A stretch of 64,000 nucleotides of DNA from assembly GCA_021613535.1 (NCBI GenBank), contig CP075495.1:15996001-16060000 (forward strand), read 5' to 3'. Both the position numbers and the translations under genes were made by a program. Origin of the DNA: Adineta vaga. Its lineage: Eukaryota; Animalia; Rotifera. Below the pieces are notes generated by a model. That model did no database searches, was not told where the DNA came from, and saw only the letters and a list, made by a program, of their open reading frames with translations. Shown one piece after another: positions 13,098-26,730 of this stretch; position 1 is the stretch's first letter, and each line of letters starts with the position of its first letter.

Positions 13098-13912
13098 TCC
13101 TTTCCAGTCCTTTGGGCGCTATAGCGCCCATCTTACAAAAATCTGGTCCTTTTCGAACTAAGAAATATTTAAGGACCAATTTCATATTTCAACTTAGAGC
13201 CTATCGAAAGTAGGGTTGATTGGCTTTACATTTGTGTAAAATTGGACTTTAAATGTTTGTTACGAGGGAGGTCACTAACTATCCAATCACTTTTGAGTTA
13301 ATATGTTATCCATAGGTACGGGGCTGTATGGGTAGAACAATTTGATGAAGATATGGGCCGCTAGCCCTTTGGCGCCGAGTTGTGGCCTTCCACCAAATTT
13401 TTACCCCTTTGTCGATATGCAACAAAAAAACTAAATTACGGAGTTTCCAACTGATATTCGGGCTGTAGTTAGGTCTGATCATCATTAGAGTATTCTGAAA
13501 GTTTCAGTCGTAAAAAATGTTCTTTTATGGAGATATTGGTTCACGAGAAGATAATCACTTGCAACACACTATATGCAAGTTGTCAGATTACTTCAAAATC
13601 CAATATCTCCATAAAGGAACACTTTTTTCGGTCGAAACTTTTGGAATATTGTAATGATGAGTAGACCTATCTATGGCCCAAATTTTAGTTGAAAACTCCG
13701 TTATTTAATATTTTTCTCAATACCGACAAAGGGGTAAAAAGGCGGTAAAAAGCCCATATCCTCATAGAATTATCCTAGGCTTAGAGTCTCTTACCCGTGG
13801 CCAAAACGTCAACTGAAAAGCGACTGAACAGTGAGTGACTCTCCACCGTTACTTTTAAAGAACCGAATTCTTTCATCAAATGGGTATCATAGCGCGCAAA
13901 AGCAGGAAAGGA
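13098..13912. mobile_element. TTAA-flanked foldback MITE (piggyBac-like target site)
   Basis: TTAA|TCCTTTCC...GGAAAGGA|TTAA. Long imperfect internal inverted arms (about 13400-13540 vs 13600-13740, and 13270-13310 vs 13805-13840). Confidence 0.75.
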
Positions 13913-14846
13913 TTAATCTGAACATTATAATATTCAATCAGAATGTTCCACAACATTTGATCAAATATTACCGTATGTATTGTGCACAATACTTTACAAC
14001 TGCATAGAAAAAGTACTTACATTTTTTGTGCTACAAGAACGAATCATGTATGATTTATCATTTTGCCATAAGCGTGATATGATTCAAGCATCTGTATTAC
14101 TTTTACCAACCTAGAATTGAGAAACAATAGCGAGTATGGTTGATTTATACCCTTTTATTTGATGTTTTACCAATATCAAAAGCGCGTTCTTGTTTGTGAA
14201 GGTCTTTTCATATTGATCATAATGCAGCGTCATATTATTTTACATGATACTACTATCAAGTCGTATATGAAATGTAATGGTCCCTATTTTATTCTACTCG
14301 CCGTTTCTTCATAGAAAAACGACGGTAAAAATCGACAAAACGTGAATAAGTAATCGAAGAGCAGTGAGTAAAGTCTACAGTAGACACTTACACATGACGA
14401 TAAAGTATTTTAGGTTCTGTACAATACTAAACTGGGTAAAGTGCGGACAACATAAAACTGAAAAAGCATTATTCATGCATTGTATAACCTGAAACGACGA
14501 TTCCAATCTAGAGAACGACTAAGAGCAACTGAAAACTTCAACAAAAATTATATTTCTAAACCATGTCTTGGGACGTAAATCCAAATGGAATATTACACAA
14601 TCAGAAAAAGATATCAATTCGTATTTCTACAGAGGATTTCATTTCGAAAAGATTGATTTTTCCGTAATCTAGAATTATTTGTTTTGACACATTTGTATAT
14701 GATAGCATCCTAAAACAGAGATATTTTATATCTGCCTTGATAAATACCACAAGCCCATTTCAACTTGAAGTTAATAGGATGTTTTTTACCGAATATTTGT
14801 ACTGGCCATAATCCAAACTCTGACTCTACAAGTCTGAAAATAACGG

Positions 14847-15588
14847 CTGTTCCAGAGCGAATGTATCTATGAGTATTTTGATTATTTCTCCTATATCATT
14901 CATGTGTTCAATGAACTTTTTTATCAAAAGATAGCGCTTGAAATTCTCTAGAGAATCGTGGATGATTGAACCATTACACGTTATTAAATATATGCGAAAA
15001 AGATGAAATTAGAGGAGCATAAAAAAGTGTAAAAAGCAATGGGCTAAACAGTTACATCTCGTTTTTGTGCCACTTGCCTCATCTTATCAAACGAATGAAA
15101 TATGCTAAAGGATGCGATGTGAAAAGCTCTACAGTTTACAAAAAACACATTATTTTGGAAAATTGCAAAAGAAAGATCAGTCTATCTTATGACAAAAAAA
15201 CATCATTCCGTTTGATTTAAATTCCATTGCTCAAGGTTTTTTATTTTGAAAACAAAAACTGCGTTATAAAATAAGTGATCGTGTGTAGTTTGTAGAACTT
15301 TTCACGGAGCATCTTGTAATATAATTTTTTGCTATGGAGCGATACAAGTGGCGAAACAGTAGACTACAAAGGGCGGCTGTTTATTACGCCTAATAAATTA
15401 CTCTTTTTCCTTTTTATGTCTCTAATTTCACTCTTTATCGAACCTGTTTAATCATGTTTTAAGATTCAGTCACACACGGTTTTGTAGAGAATTTCAAGCC
15501 CTATCTTTTCATAAAAAAGGTTCTTTGATCACAGGGATAATAAAGGAGCGATCTTCAAAATACACAGAAACCTATTCTTCTCGGACAC
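14847..15588. mobile_element. Old imperfect foldback element
   Basis: AAAAGATAGCGCTTGAAATTCTCTAGAGAATCGTG (~14926) inverts CACGGTTTTGTAGAGAATTTCAAGCCCTATCTTTT (~15475), with further paired blocks on both sides. Confidence 0.6.
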
Positions 15589-16684
15589 TCATTATTTGTA
15601 TTTTATATCCAAACTGTGACGGTAAACTCGATAAGTAGTTCACTATCGCTTATATCAAAACTGTTTAAAAGCTACATTACATATACAGAATGTTTCTACT
15701 TCGCAGTAAAATACATGTTCATATAAGAAAGAAGAGGAGAGTATGAGATGAACAGATGAAAATATAACAGAGAGAAGCCTTGATACCAAAACAATGCACG
15801 AACCTCTACACTTAATTTGAAAAAATCAAGTTTACATTCGTACAAATCTGTTATAGGCACATATAGATGAGCATCATTCCTCTATTTAGTTAGATTTCTG
15901 ATGTCGAGATGTACTTAAAATGAGTTAATATACGAAAATCGGTATCTTTCCCTCGAACAGAAAGTCATACTTCTGAAATGAATTAATTGATGTGGACAGA
16001 ATACATGACGGTAGGAGTTTTGTTCACAATGTCGTGTTCTAGGCTTATAGCTTTGAGTTAGTTGTGTTTCTAAAAGATGTGACGTTCAATTATTCGGAAA
16101 ACCGTACACAAGGTAGCCTTACAGGGACAGAAAGAGATAAAATGATTTCGGTAATTCCACAAACATTTTGAATGAGCATGACATAAAAGCAGAATTATTC
16201 GTGATTTGATGCAATAAGGTTTCACTATAAAGATAACAGAAAGTAGCAAAAGGGTAAAGTATAAGGTGTTACAGAATGGAAATTCCAATGGTCAATATCC
16301 TTTGTTATGAAAACACGTGCCTACAGGAAAAGTGTAGTATGTTCGTAGATAGTGAAACATGGCGAGTATCTAATATTGATCAAATAGTTTTACTCCTTTC
16401 TCTCGTTAGAAGATTGATCTGTATGCAGTTTAGTACGAAACTAAATACCCCATTTTCAGAGAACAAGATTAACTTGCGCCTATAGGAAAGAAACAAGATA
16501 TCGAGTAACTATTGATAAGAAACGTGCAATTTACCACGCCCATTGTTTTTTTCTCAGATTTTTGAAACTACATTATTTTTGCCAAAAAATCCAAGTACAA
16601 TTAAGTTCAAAAGAATGTACGATAAGATGTGCCGAATCGAAAGACACATTACTGAAAAAAATAAAACAGAGAATGATATACCCG

Positions 16685-16838
16685 TGTACCAGTTTCTTCG
16701 TTCATAAACCATTCTACCATAGATGAACAAGATAAACTTTTATTTAAGTATGTATCATACGCAATACTAAACCCACTATCTGAAGATTGATCTCGTCCAT
16801 CTATGGAGAAAGGATTTATGGACGAAAAAACTGGTACA
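16685..16838. mobile_element. Small hairpin MITE
   Basis: TGTACCAGTTTCTTCGTTCATAAACCATTCTACCATAGATG inverts CATCTATGGAGAAAGGATTTATGGACGAAAAAACTGGTACA. Confidence 0.65.
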
Positions 16839-17901
16839 AATATTTATCATTTTACAATGGGACACAAATCCTTGTTACATTCTAAATGGAAAAAGAGTTT
16901 ATCATTCTGTTTTTCTCAGTGATATTTTCATTTTCTTGCAGATTTTGAACGTTCTTCCTATTTTTATGGAAAAAGTCTTCAACTACTAAGCAGAACACCA
17001 AGCAGGTCATGAAGCCTACCTGCCTGTCTACTTTCTTTTTGATAGCAAAGTTTTACTATATAAATTTCATATCTACCAGTAAAAAACATGCAGATAAGAT
17101 CATTTTCAGGGATAATATTCAAGTGTGACAAAATAGACAGATATATCAGAATAATATGGAGAATACTTATAAATGCTCAAATCTTTTGTCATTGTCGGAA
17201 GTTCATCGACACGAGTTCACATATTCATCATTACTTCCTGGTCAATATTTTCAGTTTCAGGCTAATTCAACCAAAATGAAGCAGCATTTTCTGCTACACA
17301 TTCAGCGGTTACTAATGATTGATCGTCTCTTGATCACAATATCCTAAGCGATTTTTTAATCTATCAGATTCATCCAAAGTGCTGATAAGCTAGAAATTCT
17401 ATTTCTCTCTGTGCTGTAGTCGCTTTATTTATTTATTTTTCTTCTAAATGCCAGTAACTGTTCGATCAACAGTTTAGTATTCTGTTGCAAATTTTGTTCT
17501 TTCGTATCAATATCTTACTACGAATGAATAATAAACTTTCGCCGACTTATCTTTCTACAAATTAGTTACACCTTAGTTGATGTTTTCTTTCAGTAGCTGA
17601 AGAGCTTTGCGAGAGAGAAGTTTTTCAAATTTCACTTCAACTCTTATATTATCCTGGCAACAGAAAAAGCAAGACATTCTGCATGGTAAACACATTTCAC
17701 TCATTTTCATTGTGCAGAACTTTTACGGTAATCATCTAATTTGTGTATAAGGGTTTAGAGAACTTCTGTGAAATGGGACACTAAAGTTTCTATTATTACT
17801 ATAATATTATTGGCATAAAAAAGTAGTCAAGCCTTCACAGGCAAGCAGGTCAGGCCTATAAAAAGCTGGCCTGCTTGCATCTCTGGTCGACACAATGAAG
17901 T

Positions 17902-18232
17902 AGATGATTTTCAAAAGTTATAAAACTTGAAAAGGATCTGACTCCAGGTACACGATTCGACTGCCTCTTAAAAACCACCAGCTTTAAGTGTCACTCAGCA
18001 AAACAAGGATTTGTAAGACAATGCTAAATCTTTATGGCTCAACAGTACATTTTTTATTTCGTGAACAGCCATTGTTCCAGACCAAAATGTGTAGTGAGAA
18101 GCCATACAGATTCCAACTGGCATACCAATTCTTTTTTGCTGTGCCAAACTTAAAATTTGTTTCTTTGCATATAGTTGAAGAGTGTACCCGGAGTCAGATC
18201 CTTTTTTAGATTTCATATATTTTGAAAACCAT
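17902..18232. mobile_element. Degenerate member of the foldback family also at 32526 and 40856
   Basis: AAAAGGATCTGACTCCAGGTACAC / GTGTACCCGGAGTCAGATCCTTTT inverted pair, sharing its core with the 32526-33043 element. Confidence 0.65.
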
Positions 18233-20779
18233 CTTTTTGAATGTGTTGGCGCATGTGAAAGCTTTTGAGAAAGAATCCATGAGGCCATCCAGGATCATTT
18301 TTGATGTCGAAGCATTCATCAGAATTCCATTTCACGATTTGATGATCTCTTCTTGTTCGGCATTATCTGAAACCTCTAAATCCGAATTTTTAGCGCACTT
18401 CATTTAGCTGGTCAAAAGATAAGCAAATTTTACTGCCGAACACTCGAAACTATTTGAGAAATATCGACAAAAATTTTCAATATAAAGTTGATTTTAAATT
18501 CGCGACGAAAGCTTAACCAAGTTTCTTCTGTAATATACCAAATGACAGAGCATCCAAAGCTGAACAAAATGCAGCATCTACACATTATATTTCACCAGCT
18601 TGATCTAGAGTTATTTGTCAAATAGTGCCCTGCACTCACCATTTTTGCATGACAATAAGCGAAATTTTCATAGTATATTGGCTCCTATCCTGTCACTACT
18701 CGTGGGCTCAGACTGAATTTAAAATATGCAGCAGAGGCTTAGTCTCTCTGCAAAATGGCTAAAAACAATTAAAATAAAATGTCAGCTTCAGATTGATAAT
18801 TGGTTAAGTTTGTTCAAGTATCTGATAGCTCTTGATGATTTCTGACCGTTTTTCAACAAAAATCACAAATTTTAGGCATTTTCTTATCCATTTCACAGAT
18901 ACATAGCAAAACCAATACGAATTTTGGTACAAGCGTCGAAAACTAAATCAGACCATACTGAATTTGAAAAAAACAATTTGTATCAAAAATCACTTCTAGA
19001 AGCCACTGCACGAGAGGCACAATCGAGTGCCATAGTGGGTTGCTCAATTAAGTTTTCAGTTTCGTGCGGGACCTATATAATAATCGACTACACATTATTT
19101 TAGATACAAAACCTAATATTTCACCTGGTCAGATGTTTTCTGGTCGAGATGCTGAAATTCTAAAGACGATTTTTCTATCAAATAGCTGTTACGAAACAAG
19201 ACGAGAAAATTGTTGACTTTTTGCAAATTGATCGCCGCTTTATCATCATTTCTATATGTCGACAGGTCAAAGAATACGATCCACTACACAAAACTGAGAC
19301 CCGACTCCGTTCTATTGAAGATCCCAAACTTATTTTGTCACTTTTAGATAGTCTTCGATGAAATGTGTTTGCAGAAAAAGTTTCAACAAATTCGCCCGAG
19401 CTGGTCTGCGAATAACCTATTCCAAAATCTATAAGGCAGAATGACAATAATTTATATTTAAATGGACTTTCTTTAGATCAGCTTTATAGCATTCGCTCAA
19501 ACTCCTTCTCCAAAGACTACTTACTTAGGGCTACCAGAAGGCGTTAGCAGAAGTTTGGGATCCCAATAAGTAGGGTCGGTCGTCACTCTCGTGTAGTGGC
19601 TTCTGGGTGACCACGAATTGAAATTTAGAAAAACGACAGCTAAGGGCATCTACAGATGATTTTGACAGAATTTGTTTCGATTTTTACGTGATATGATGCA
19701 ATTCTTCACTTTGATTTCGAATGCCAAATTTATATTGATGTAAATTTGTTTCATACTAAGGAAAATCCCTATGAACAGTGAATTATTACTGAAAAACCAT
19801 GTTAAATCGCGAACTATGACAGTGGTATATGTCGTATTTGTGGTTAAAGGTGCCTTTTTTTCAGATTTTTTTAGCAGTAGAGGCGTAATAAGAAGTTGTA
19901 CAGCATCTATGAAATTCAGGCTGAGTTTCTCGTTATACACTGAATCAGAGTGAATATACTGGAAATAGCTCATTTTATTCAGTTTTTCGTACTCTATCTT
20001 TTATTGCAAGCAGTAATTATTTCATTGCTTTTCTACCCGAAAAAACTCAGCTTTACATTAACAATTTTTCATCTTTTTCTTAAGAACTTCTTGGAATGAT
20101 GGAAAAGTAAATTAAACCTAATCTTTTATGGCCCAACCAAATTCGCTAAAAGTTTGAATTCGGAAGTTTTAGATGATGTTGAGCAAAGTGAGAATATTGA
20201 CTGAAACATTTTTAACCAGCACTTTAAATGCTCTTTGATGTCATGGGTGCTCTCTTAAACACGTACGAAACCTTTCTTATGAGTTGGGCCACATTATATT
20301 ATGTTTCTAGAATATGTTTTTCGGCAAACCTTCAAAAAGCTTCTTTTTGTGTATGTTTGAATATATCATCGATTACTCTGTCGAGACATGTAATTCCGAT
20401 TCTTTCTTCTTTCGTTCCAGTCCAAAAAAAAATGATGAAACATTTAAAACTACGAAAAGACTTTTTTGCAGAATTAATTTTGCTAGAATACAAAGTTCTT
20501 TTAAATTAAAATCAGATTTTTATTACTTGTTTTATCTGAGATGTTGCAAAATACGTTCATTATATGTGTTGATACATTTAAGATGGTGAAACTAACGCGA
20601 AAGGCTAATAATATTCATTCTTCGTATATTCGTCCTCTTACATATCACGAGTTCAGTGGGTGATCTCAAGGAAGTTTACTTATTATTTATCTATATTTGG
20701 ATTGAATTTTAAGTTACTTTATGACTTGGAATTCGAATTCAAATCGTCGAGGTGGTAATAGAAGCAAAACTAGTAAAAG

Positions 20780-22572
20780 ATCTATTGAATCTCGTCTTGG
20801 AATGTAAGAACTATGTTCCAAAGAGGAAAGTTAGAAAACATAAAGAAAGAAATGCAAAGATTACAGCTCAATGCGTTAGGGCTGTCTGAAGTCAGATGAA
20901 CGGGAGCTGGATCTTTTCCAACAGATAACTTTACCTTATTCTACTCCGGAGATGATCAGCATAAGAGAGGATTACGAATACTTCTTGACAAAGAAACTTC
21001 CAAGAGTGTAAAAGGCTTTTGGGTGGTTTCGGACGGAGTTCTTCCCATAAAGCTCCACGACAAACCTTTTAACATCTCAATCAATCAAGGTTATGCGCCA
21101 ACAACTGACTATGACGAAGATGCAATATCAAATTTCTACGAAGATTTAGAAAAAGCATACAAACAATGCAAATCAAATGACATCATCTACGTAATGGCTG
21201 ACTTCAATGCAAAAGTAGGAGACAAAAGAATCGTCAATACAGTAGGCCCTTTTGGCCTAGGAAACAAAAATGATAGAGGTGGCAATCTAGTGAGCTGGTG
21301 TCAATCGCATAACCTCGTCATTACCAACACATGGTTCAAAAATCACCCACGTAGACTATGGACATGGCGAAGTCCAGGAGACCGAGCTAGAGATCAAATA
21401 GACTACATAATAGTTCTTCAACAATTCAGGAATTCAGTGATCTATTGTGAAGCATTTCCTGGAGCAGATTGTGGCAGGGACCATGTCCCAGTTATTAATT
21501 AAATTCAAGTAAAATTAAAAAGATTAAAACAATCTAAACAAAATCCTAAGTTTGAAACTCATCTTCTCAAATTTAATACAGACATAAAAGAAAAATTCTG
21601 CATCAAGGTACAGAACCGATTTGAAACTTTGAACGATATCACGACAATTGACTTATTGTGCAAACAGATGAAGTCATCAATATTAGCATCCGTTGAGGAA
21701 GTAATTCCAAAAATGCAGAGAAACAATAAGAAAAAATGGATGAATGATGACATTATATAATTAATAGAACAAAGACGACTCAAGAAGTAAAATCCAGTCG
21801 AATACAAGTTGATAGACAAAGAAATAAAAAAGAAATACTCAGAAGCAAAAGAGAAATGGTTAAATGAACAATGTTCAGAGATTGAAAACAAACCGAGTGT
21901 GAACACCAAATACGCTCGAAAAAGATTGATGAAATCACCGGAAAGTCAAGATGCACCAGTTCAGGCTGTATAAAATCAAAAGACGAAATCATCCTCATGG
22001 AAAAATGTGACATTTTGAATAGGTGGTCTGAATACATAGAAGAACTTTTCGACGACAACAGAATTTCTAAACCAAACATAAAGAAAAATATAGAAGGGCC
22101 TTCAATAATAAAAGATGAAGTGAGACAAGCTATAAAAGCAGTGAAAACAAACAAAGCAACAGGTCTCGATGGAATATCCGTTGAAATGATATAATGTCTT
22201 GATGAACTAGGTGTCGATGCTATGACAAATCTAATAAGTAGAATATACGACACAGGTGAAATCCCAGAAGATTTGACAAACTCAATATTCATAGCTCTTC
22301 TAAAAAAGTCTGGAGCTACTAAATGTGAACTTCATTGCACAATCAGTCTCATGAGTTACGTGACAAAAATTCTACTCAAGATTCTGATGGTGCGCATGAA
22401 AAACAAGATCAGTCCCGAAATAGTAATAGAACAATATGTATTCACACCTGATAAAGGCACCAGAAATGCAATTTTCATTCTTCGAATGATTATCGAAAGA
22501 TCTATGGAAGTGAAACATGATTTATTCATATATTTTCTCGACTACACAAAAGCGTTTGGCAAAGTTAAACAC
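20780..22572 (+). mobile_element. Decayed, 3'-truncated RTE-like LINE (endonuclease + N-terminal RT)
   Basis: SWNVRTM, LGLSEVR*, QGYAPT, MADFNAKVG, QIDYIIV, DCGRDHVPV, KATGLDGI, TISLMS, KGTRNAIF and FLDYTKAFGKVKH, after which homology stops abruptly. Confidence 0.9.
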
Positions 22573-22875
22573 ATTTTGTGCTCAGTCCTCTTAGGCCTTA
22601 GTCCTTGTTATCTTGCGAATTTCGCATAGTGCCAAGATGGTTGTGTATTCATCACAGGATTACTTGTATATGAATGAAGCACAAACATGATGACGATGAA
22701 TAAGTCATTTTGACAGCAGTAATGATCTCTCCTAAAACGTTAAGCTATAATCGTTGTATATTAGGAAAGGTATCGTTTCTTAGTCTTCTAGACCTACGTT
22801 ATATCCGCGGATACGAGACGATTTTGTTTTCTAAAATTCAATTTGAAATAGAAAAGACCATAGACTCAATCAAGT

Positions 22876-25800
22876 TCACTCAAATGTCCGGTGGTTAAAG
22901 TTTATCGTGTAGAATTAACACGGAAAATTTTACATGATAATCATCAACGTTCACCTATTACAACAACATCACAGTCGAATTATATTTATAGTTCTGCTGG
23001 TTTTCCACTTCCTCCTGCACCACAAGCTAACTTGATTAGCCCCATGATGAACAAGTTAGATGAATTAATTAACAGTATGACTGATATTAAAAAGAAACTT
23101 TTGAACTTAGAAGAGAAGCATGATAGACTTGAACAATTTATGTTGTTAAAACAACAAAATGATGAAATTGTTTCTGAAAATCTTGATCTATTATTTAAGA
23201 AACAAGATGATTTGAAAAAAGATGTTATGCAACATGGTTTATTGATTCAACGACATGCAGTGGCGCAACAAGGGGGAGGCAAATGAGTAATTGCCCATTA
23301 CATATTGAGCTTTACCCATTCCAATATTTTTAGTAAATTCTTGCCCATTCAAATTTTGCTTCTTAAAATTGATATATTGGTTTATCAGTTAGATAGCAGC
23401 AATACTTTTTTCATCTTGATATTTGATATTTGATTTTAAGTATAAATGTTGTAAAAAATAAAAAATATGTCAATAACTATTCGACTTAAGCCTGAGATTT
23501 CTGTACAATACAGTTTTTTATTAGAAAAACTTCATCTTGTTTCACTACGATTGTGTTCATTGAGCGTTTTTCGAATATTGATAAGAAAAACATTTTCAGC
23601 TCATCGATAAAAAGCTTGCCCATTTTGCCCATCGTCTTTTTCTTACCCAATAGAAGTTTGCCTATTGGTCTAAAAATCCTGGTAGCGCCACTGACGACAT
23701 GAAATATGTTTAGTAAGTTATTTATTCCAATGTTTGCTGATTTATTTTCACTCATCGCATCTCAAAATTATGATAAAAAAAGGGAATCCTTTAGATGCTG
23801 ATTAAAAATATAAACTTGACCGCTATTTAATTCAAATGAAGAATGGAAGTGAAAGTAAACATTTTACTGTATAATGTCTTTATCTCCATATGCTATTCCT
23901 TTTTTTTTCTTGTACCTCATCTGATAAACTATGTAAACGTAATGAGTTTTTGTCAAAAGCAAAAGTTTCCCTTTCTCATTTCGAATATAATCTTTTTAAA
24001 GAAATTTTATGTGAATGGAAAAATAGTTTATTTCTTCATTCTTGTTTTTCTAAATGGCAAAAATCTGTTCCTATATCAAATTCTTCTAGTTCTTTTTCAT
24101 TACTTCATGTTCTTTCTTTTAATGTCCGTAGACTTCATAAAAGATGGCAAGAAATTCTTCTTCTTGATTCTTCTTTCAGCTTTGATGTTCTCATTCTTCT
24201 AGAAACATGTCGTTTGCAGTTGTCTTTCTATCAGAAAAGTTTTAATCAGTGTAGATTATTTTACCAGAAAAGTGAAAATAGAAATGGTGGTGTATTGATG
24301 TTAGTTAGAAATAATCTTCATGCATCACGTTTACCACGTAGTTTACCAAATGTCTTTATTGTCGATATTAAAGGTAATGAAAATCGATGTATTATTGGTG
24401 TATATGCGCCTGCAAGTAAATCATGGTCTTGAGATGACTTATCAGTTTTTGTATTGAATAAATGTGTTCTTTTTGGTGATTTTAATGTCAATATCACTGA
24501 GAAAGGTTCGAAAGCAGAATCTCTTCCTAAGTGGGCTAATGATCTATTTATTGCTCCATCCATACCTAATTCACCTAATTCTTTATGTTCGGACAGGGTT
24601 ATTGATTCTGCTTTTTCTAGTGGTAATACTCTCAAGATACAAACTTATCATGGTAATACATCAAGTGATCATGTTCCTATATTATCCGTTATTCCTTTGG
24701 ATATAAAATATAAAGCTATAGGAAATAAGGTACATTGGAATGTTTTCTCCCTTTTTACTGAATATACCTTTTCATTTTGGAAGAAAATTTGGAATCTTGA
24801 AAATATTAATGATTTGTATAATGATTACAGTAAATTTTTATTTCTATTATCTGCTCGATGTACTACGTTCTTTCCTCTTGAAAAATATCGTCGAACCATT
24901 CCTTCTGAACTGCGTATTTTTCTTTCTTACATAAGAGCTCTCTCTTTTAAACAATTGAGAACAAAATGGTCTATGTTGAAAAAAGAAGTTTTCTCATTGA
25001 AAAAAATTGCTAAAGATGCTTTGAAATCTTATTTTTCTTCACAACTTTCTTCTGTCCATCTTCTTCATAACACTTCTTCATCTGCATCTTTCTCTTTTTG
25101 GTCCAAGACCAAAAAATGTCTTAAACACTCGTCTTCCTCTTTACATGCTTTTATTGCTCCTTCAGGTCAAATCGTAAAAGATGATGTTGGAATGTGTTAT
25201 GTTGCTACTGCTTACTGTGAGGTTTTTTTCAAAGAATCTGATATTGTCCGACCTCATCCATATACGGATTCGCCTCTTGTTGAATTTGATAATGTTAAGG
25301 AGGTTATCACTGATGTAACTATCGACGAATTATTATTAGTAGTGAAGACTAGACGTAAAAATATCGCTTGATGCTCATGGTATTTCTAGTTACATGTTTG
25401 ATTTCCTCGATCATTATCATTGGTCTTTATTTCTTGATTTATTTAATCGTTCTTTTCTTAAGATAGGTGAACATTTATTTCTAACTAGATTTCGTGATGT
25501 TCTTTTACGTCGAGGTTTACTTCCAGATAATCAATCTGGTTTTCGTGATGGTTTTCATCTTCAAACTCGTTTATTATTATTCTTGGAGAATTTATATAGT
25601 CTTATGTCAAATAGTGCTCCTGTTTGTTCAATGCTTATTGATTTTCGTGCTGCCTTTGATCAATTATGGAATTGCGGCTGTATAGGTAAACTTCGTAGAA
25701 TGGCTATTCCTAATTCATATATACATTGGATTGATGCGTGGCTTTCATGTAGAAAATGTTATATCGATATCAATGGTGCGAAATGTCGTTGGTTTGATAT

Positions 25801-26730
25801 TGAAAAAGGTGGTCCTCAAGGAAGTGTTTTGACTCCTAGTATTTTTATTTCTTATCATGGTGACATATCTCAATTTCTATCTGGTTGAACTAGTCATTTC
25901 TTTACGGATGGCGTCGCTGTTTTACTTGCAGGTCAACTTGGTATGCGGAACCATAAACAATGTCTTGATCTTGAAAAACGTGTCAAAGTTTTTCTAGATG
26001 ATCTAGAATTTTATTCGAGATTAGCTGATCAACCATTAGTTCGTTTAAAAACTGAAGCTTTATATAATGGTAAAGCTATTAGACTTTCTAGCTTTGATAT
26101 AAAATTTGATTGTTCAGTTGGTGAAACAATAAATTGGAAGAAAGATTTTAAATATCTTGATTATATTGTATCGTGTAAACTTGGTTGGGAAAAATTAATT
26201 AAGGATGTTCAATGTAAGGTTAGGAGACAAATTGCTCTTATTAGATCATTCAGGCTTTTTGGTTGTTCGTCACCGAGTCTTTGTAAAACTCTGGTCTATT
26301 CACATGTTCTTCCAATTTTTACTTGGATCTATCCGGTATTTCCATTGTTTACTCGCAAACAGTAAGATGATCTGTCGAATTTCTATTATGTTTCACTTTG
26401 TCGTACTCTTTATTGTTTAGAATGGAATGGAGGTTTCTTTGCATACGTTTTTGATGAATTGTCTCCAGAGAACCGATGTGTTTTATATTGGAATAGATAT
26501 CTTCATGTAATTGCTGACTCTGCAGATGGTATTCTATTGTTTGAAAAAGCTAATCTTGCAGAATTTCGTAAAAGTTGTTTGAATAGGTCGAAAAGATTCG
26601 TTCCTCATCTATCTACTCTCGGAAAAATCTTGGCCTGGCTTTCGTAAGTTCCTTCTAACTCTTCAGTTCCACATTTTGACATAGATGATGTTGTACTCTT
26701 GTAAATCTTTCTAGAAACATTTTGCTGAGT
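22876..26730 (+). mobile_element. Decayed two-ORF LINE (jockey/I/CR1-group type): ORF1 C-terminal half with coiled coil, ORF2 EN+RT with stops, frameshifts and deletions
   Basis: ORF1 remnant SLKCPVVK...coiled coil (22891-23850). ORF2: HVLSFNVR, LILLET, IIGVYAP, LFGDFN, VID, SSDHVPI, NQSGFR, IDFRAAFD, GGPQGSVLTP, FFTDGV and FKYL. Clade assignment is tentative. Confidence 0.85.
23258..23693. mobile_element. hAT-type MITE inserted in LINE ORF1
   Basis: TIR CAGTGGCGC / GCGCCACTG with a perfect 8-bp TSD ACGACATG (23250-23257 and 23694-23701). Confidence 0.92.

Noticed and set aside
17050-17710. Coding-like minus-strand stretch (possible pseudogene)
   Set aside because: Multiple stops and no recognisable domain, so I cannot support a call.
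3040-26730. Telomere-associated Penelope/Athena-type or prokaryotic RT systems (retron, DGR)
   Set aside because: All three RT remnants are preceded by APE endonuclease motifs typical of ordinary LINEs.
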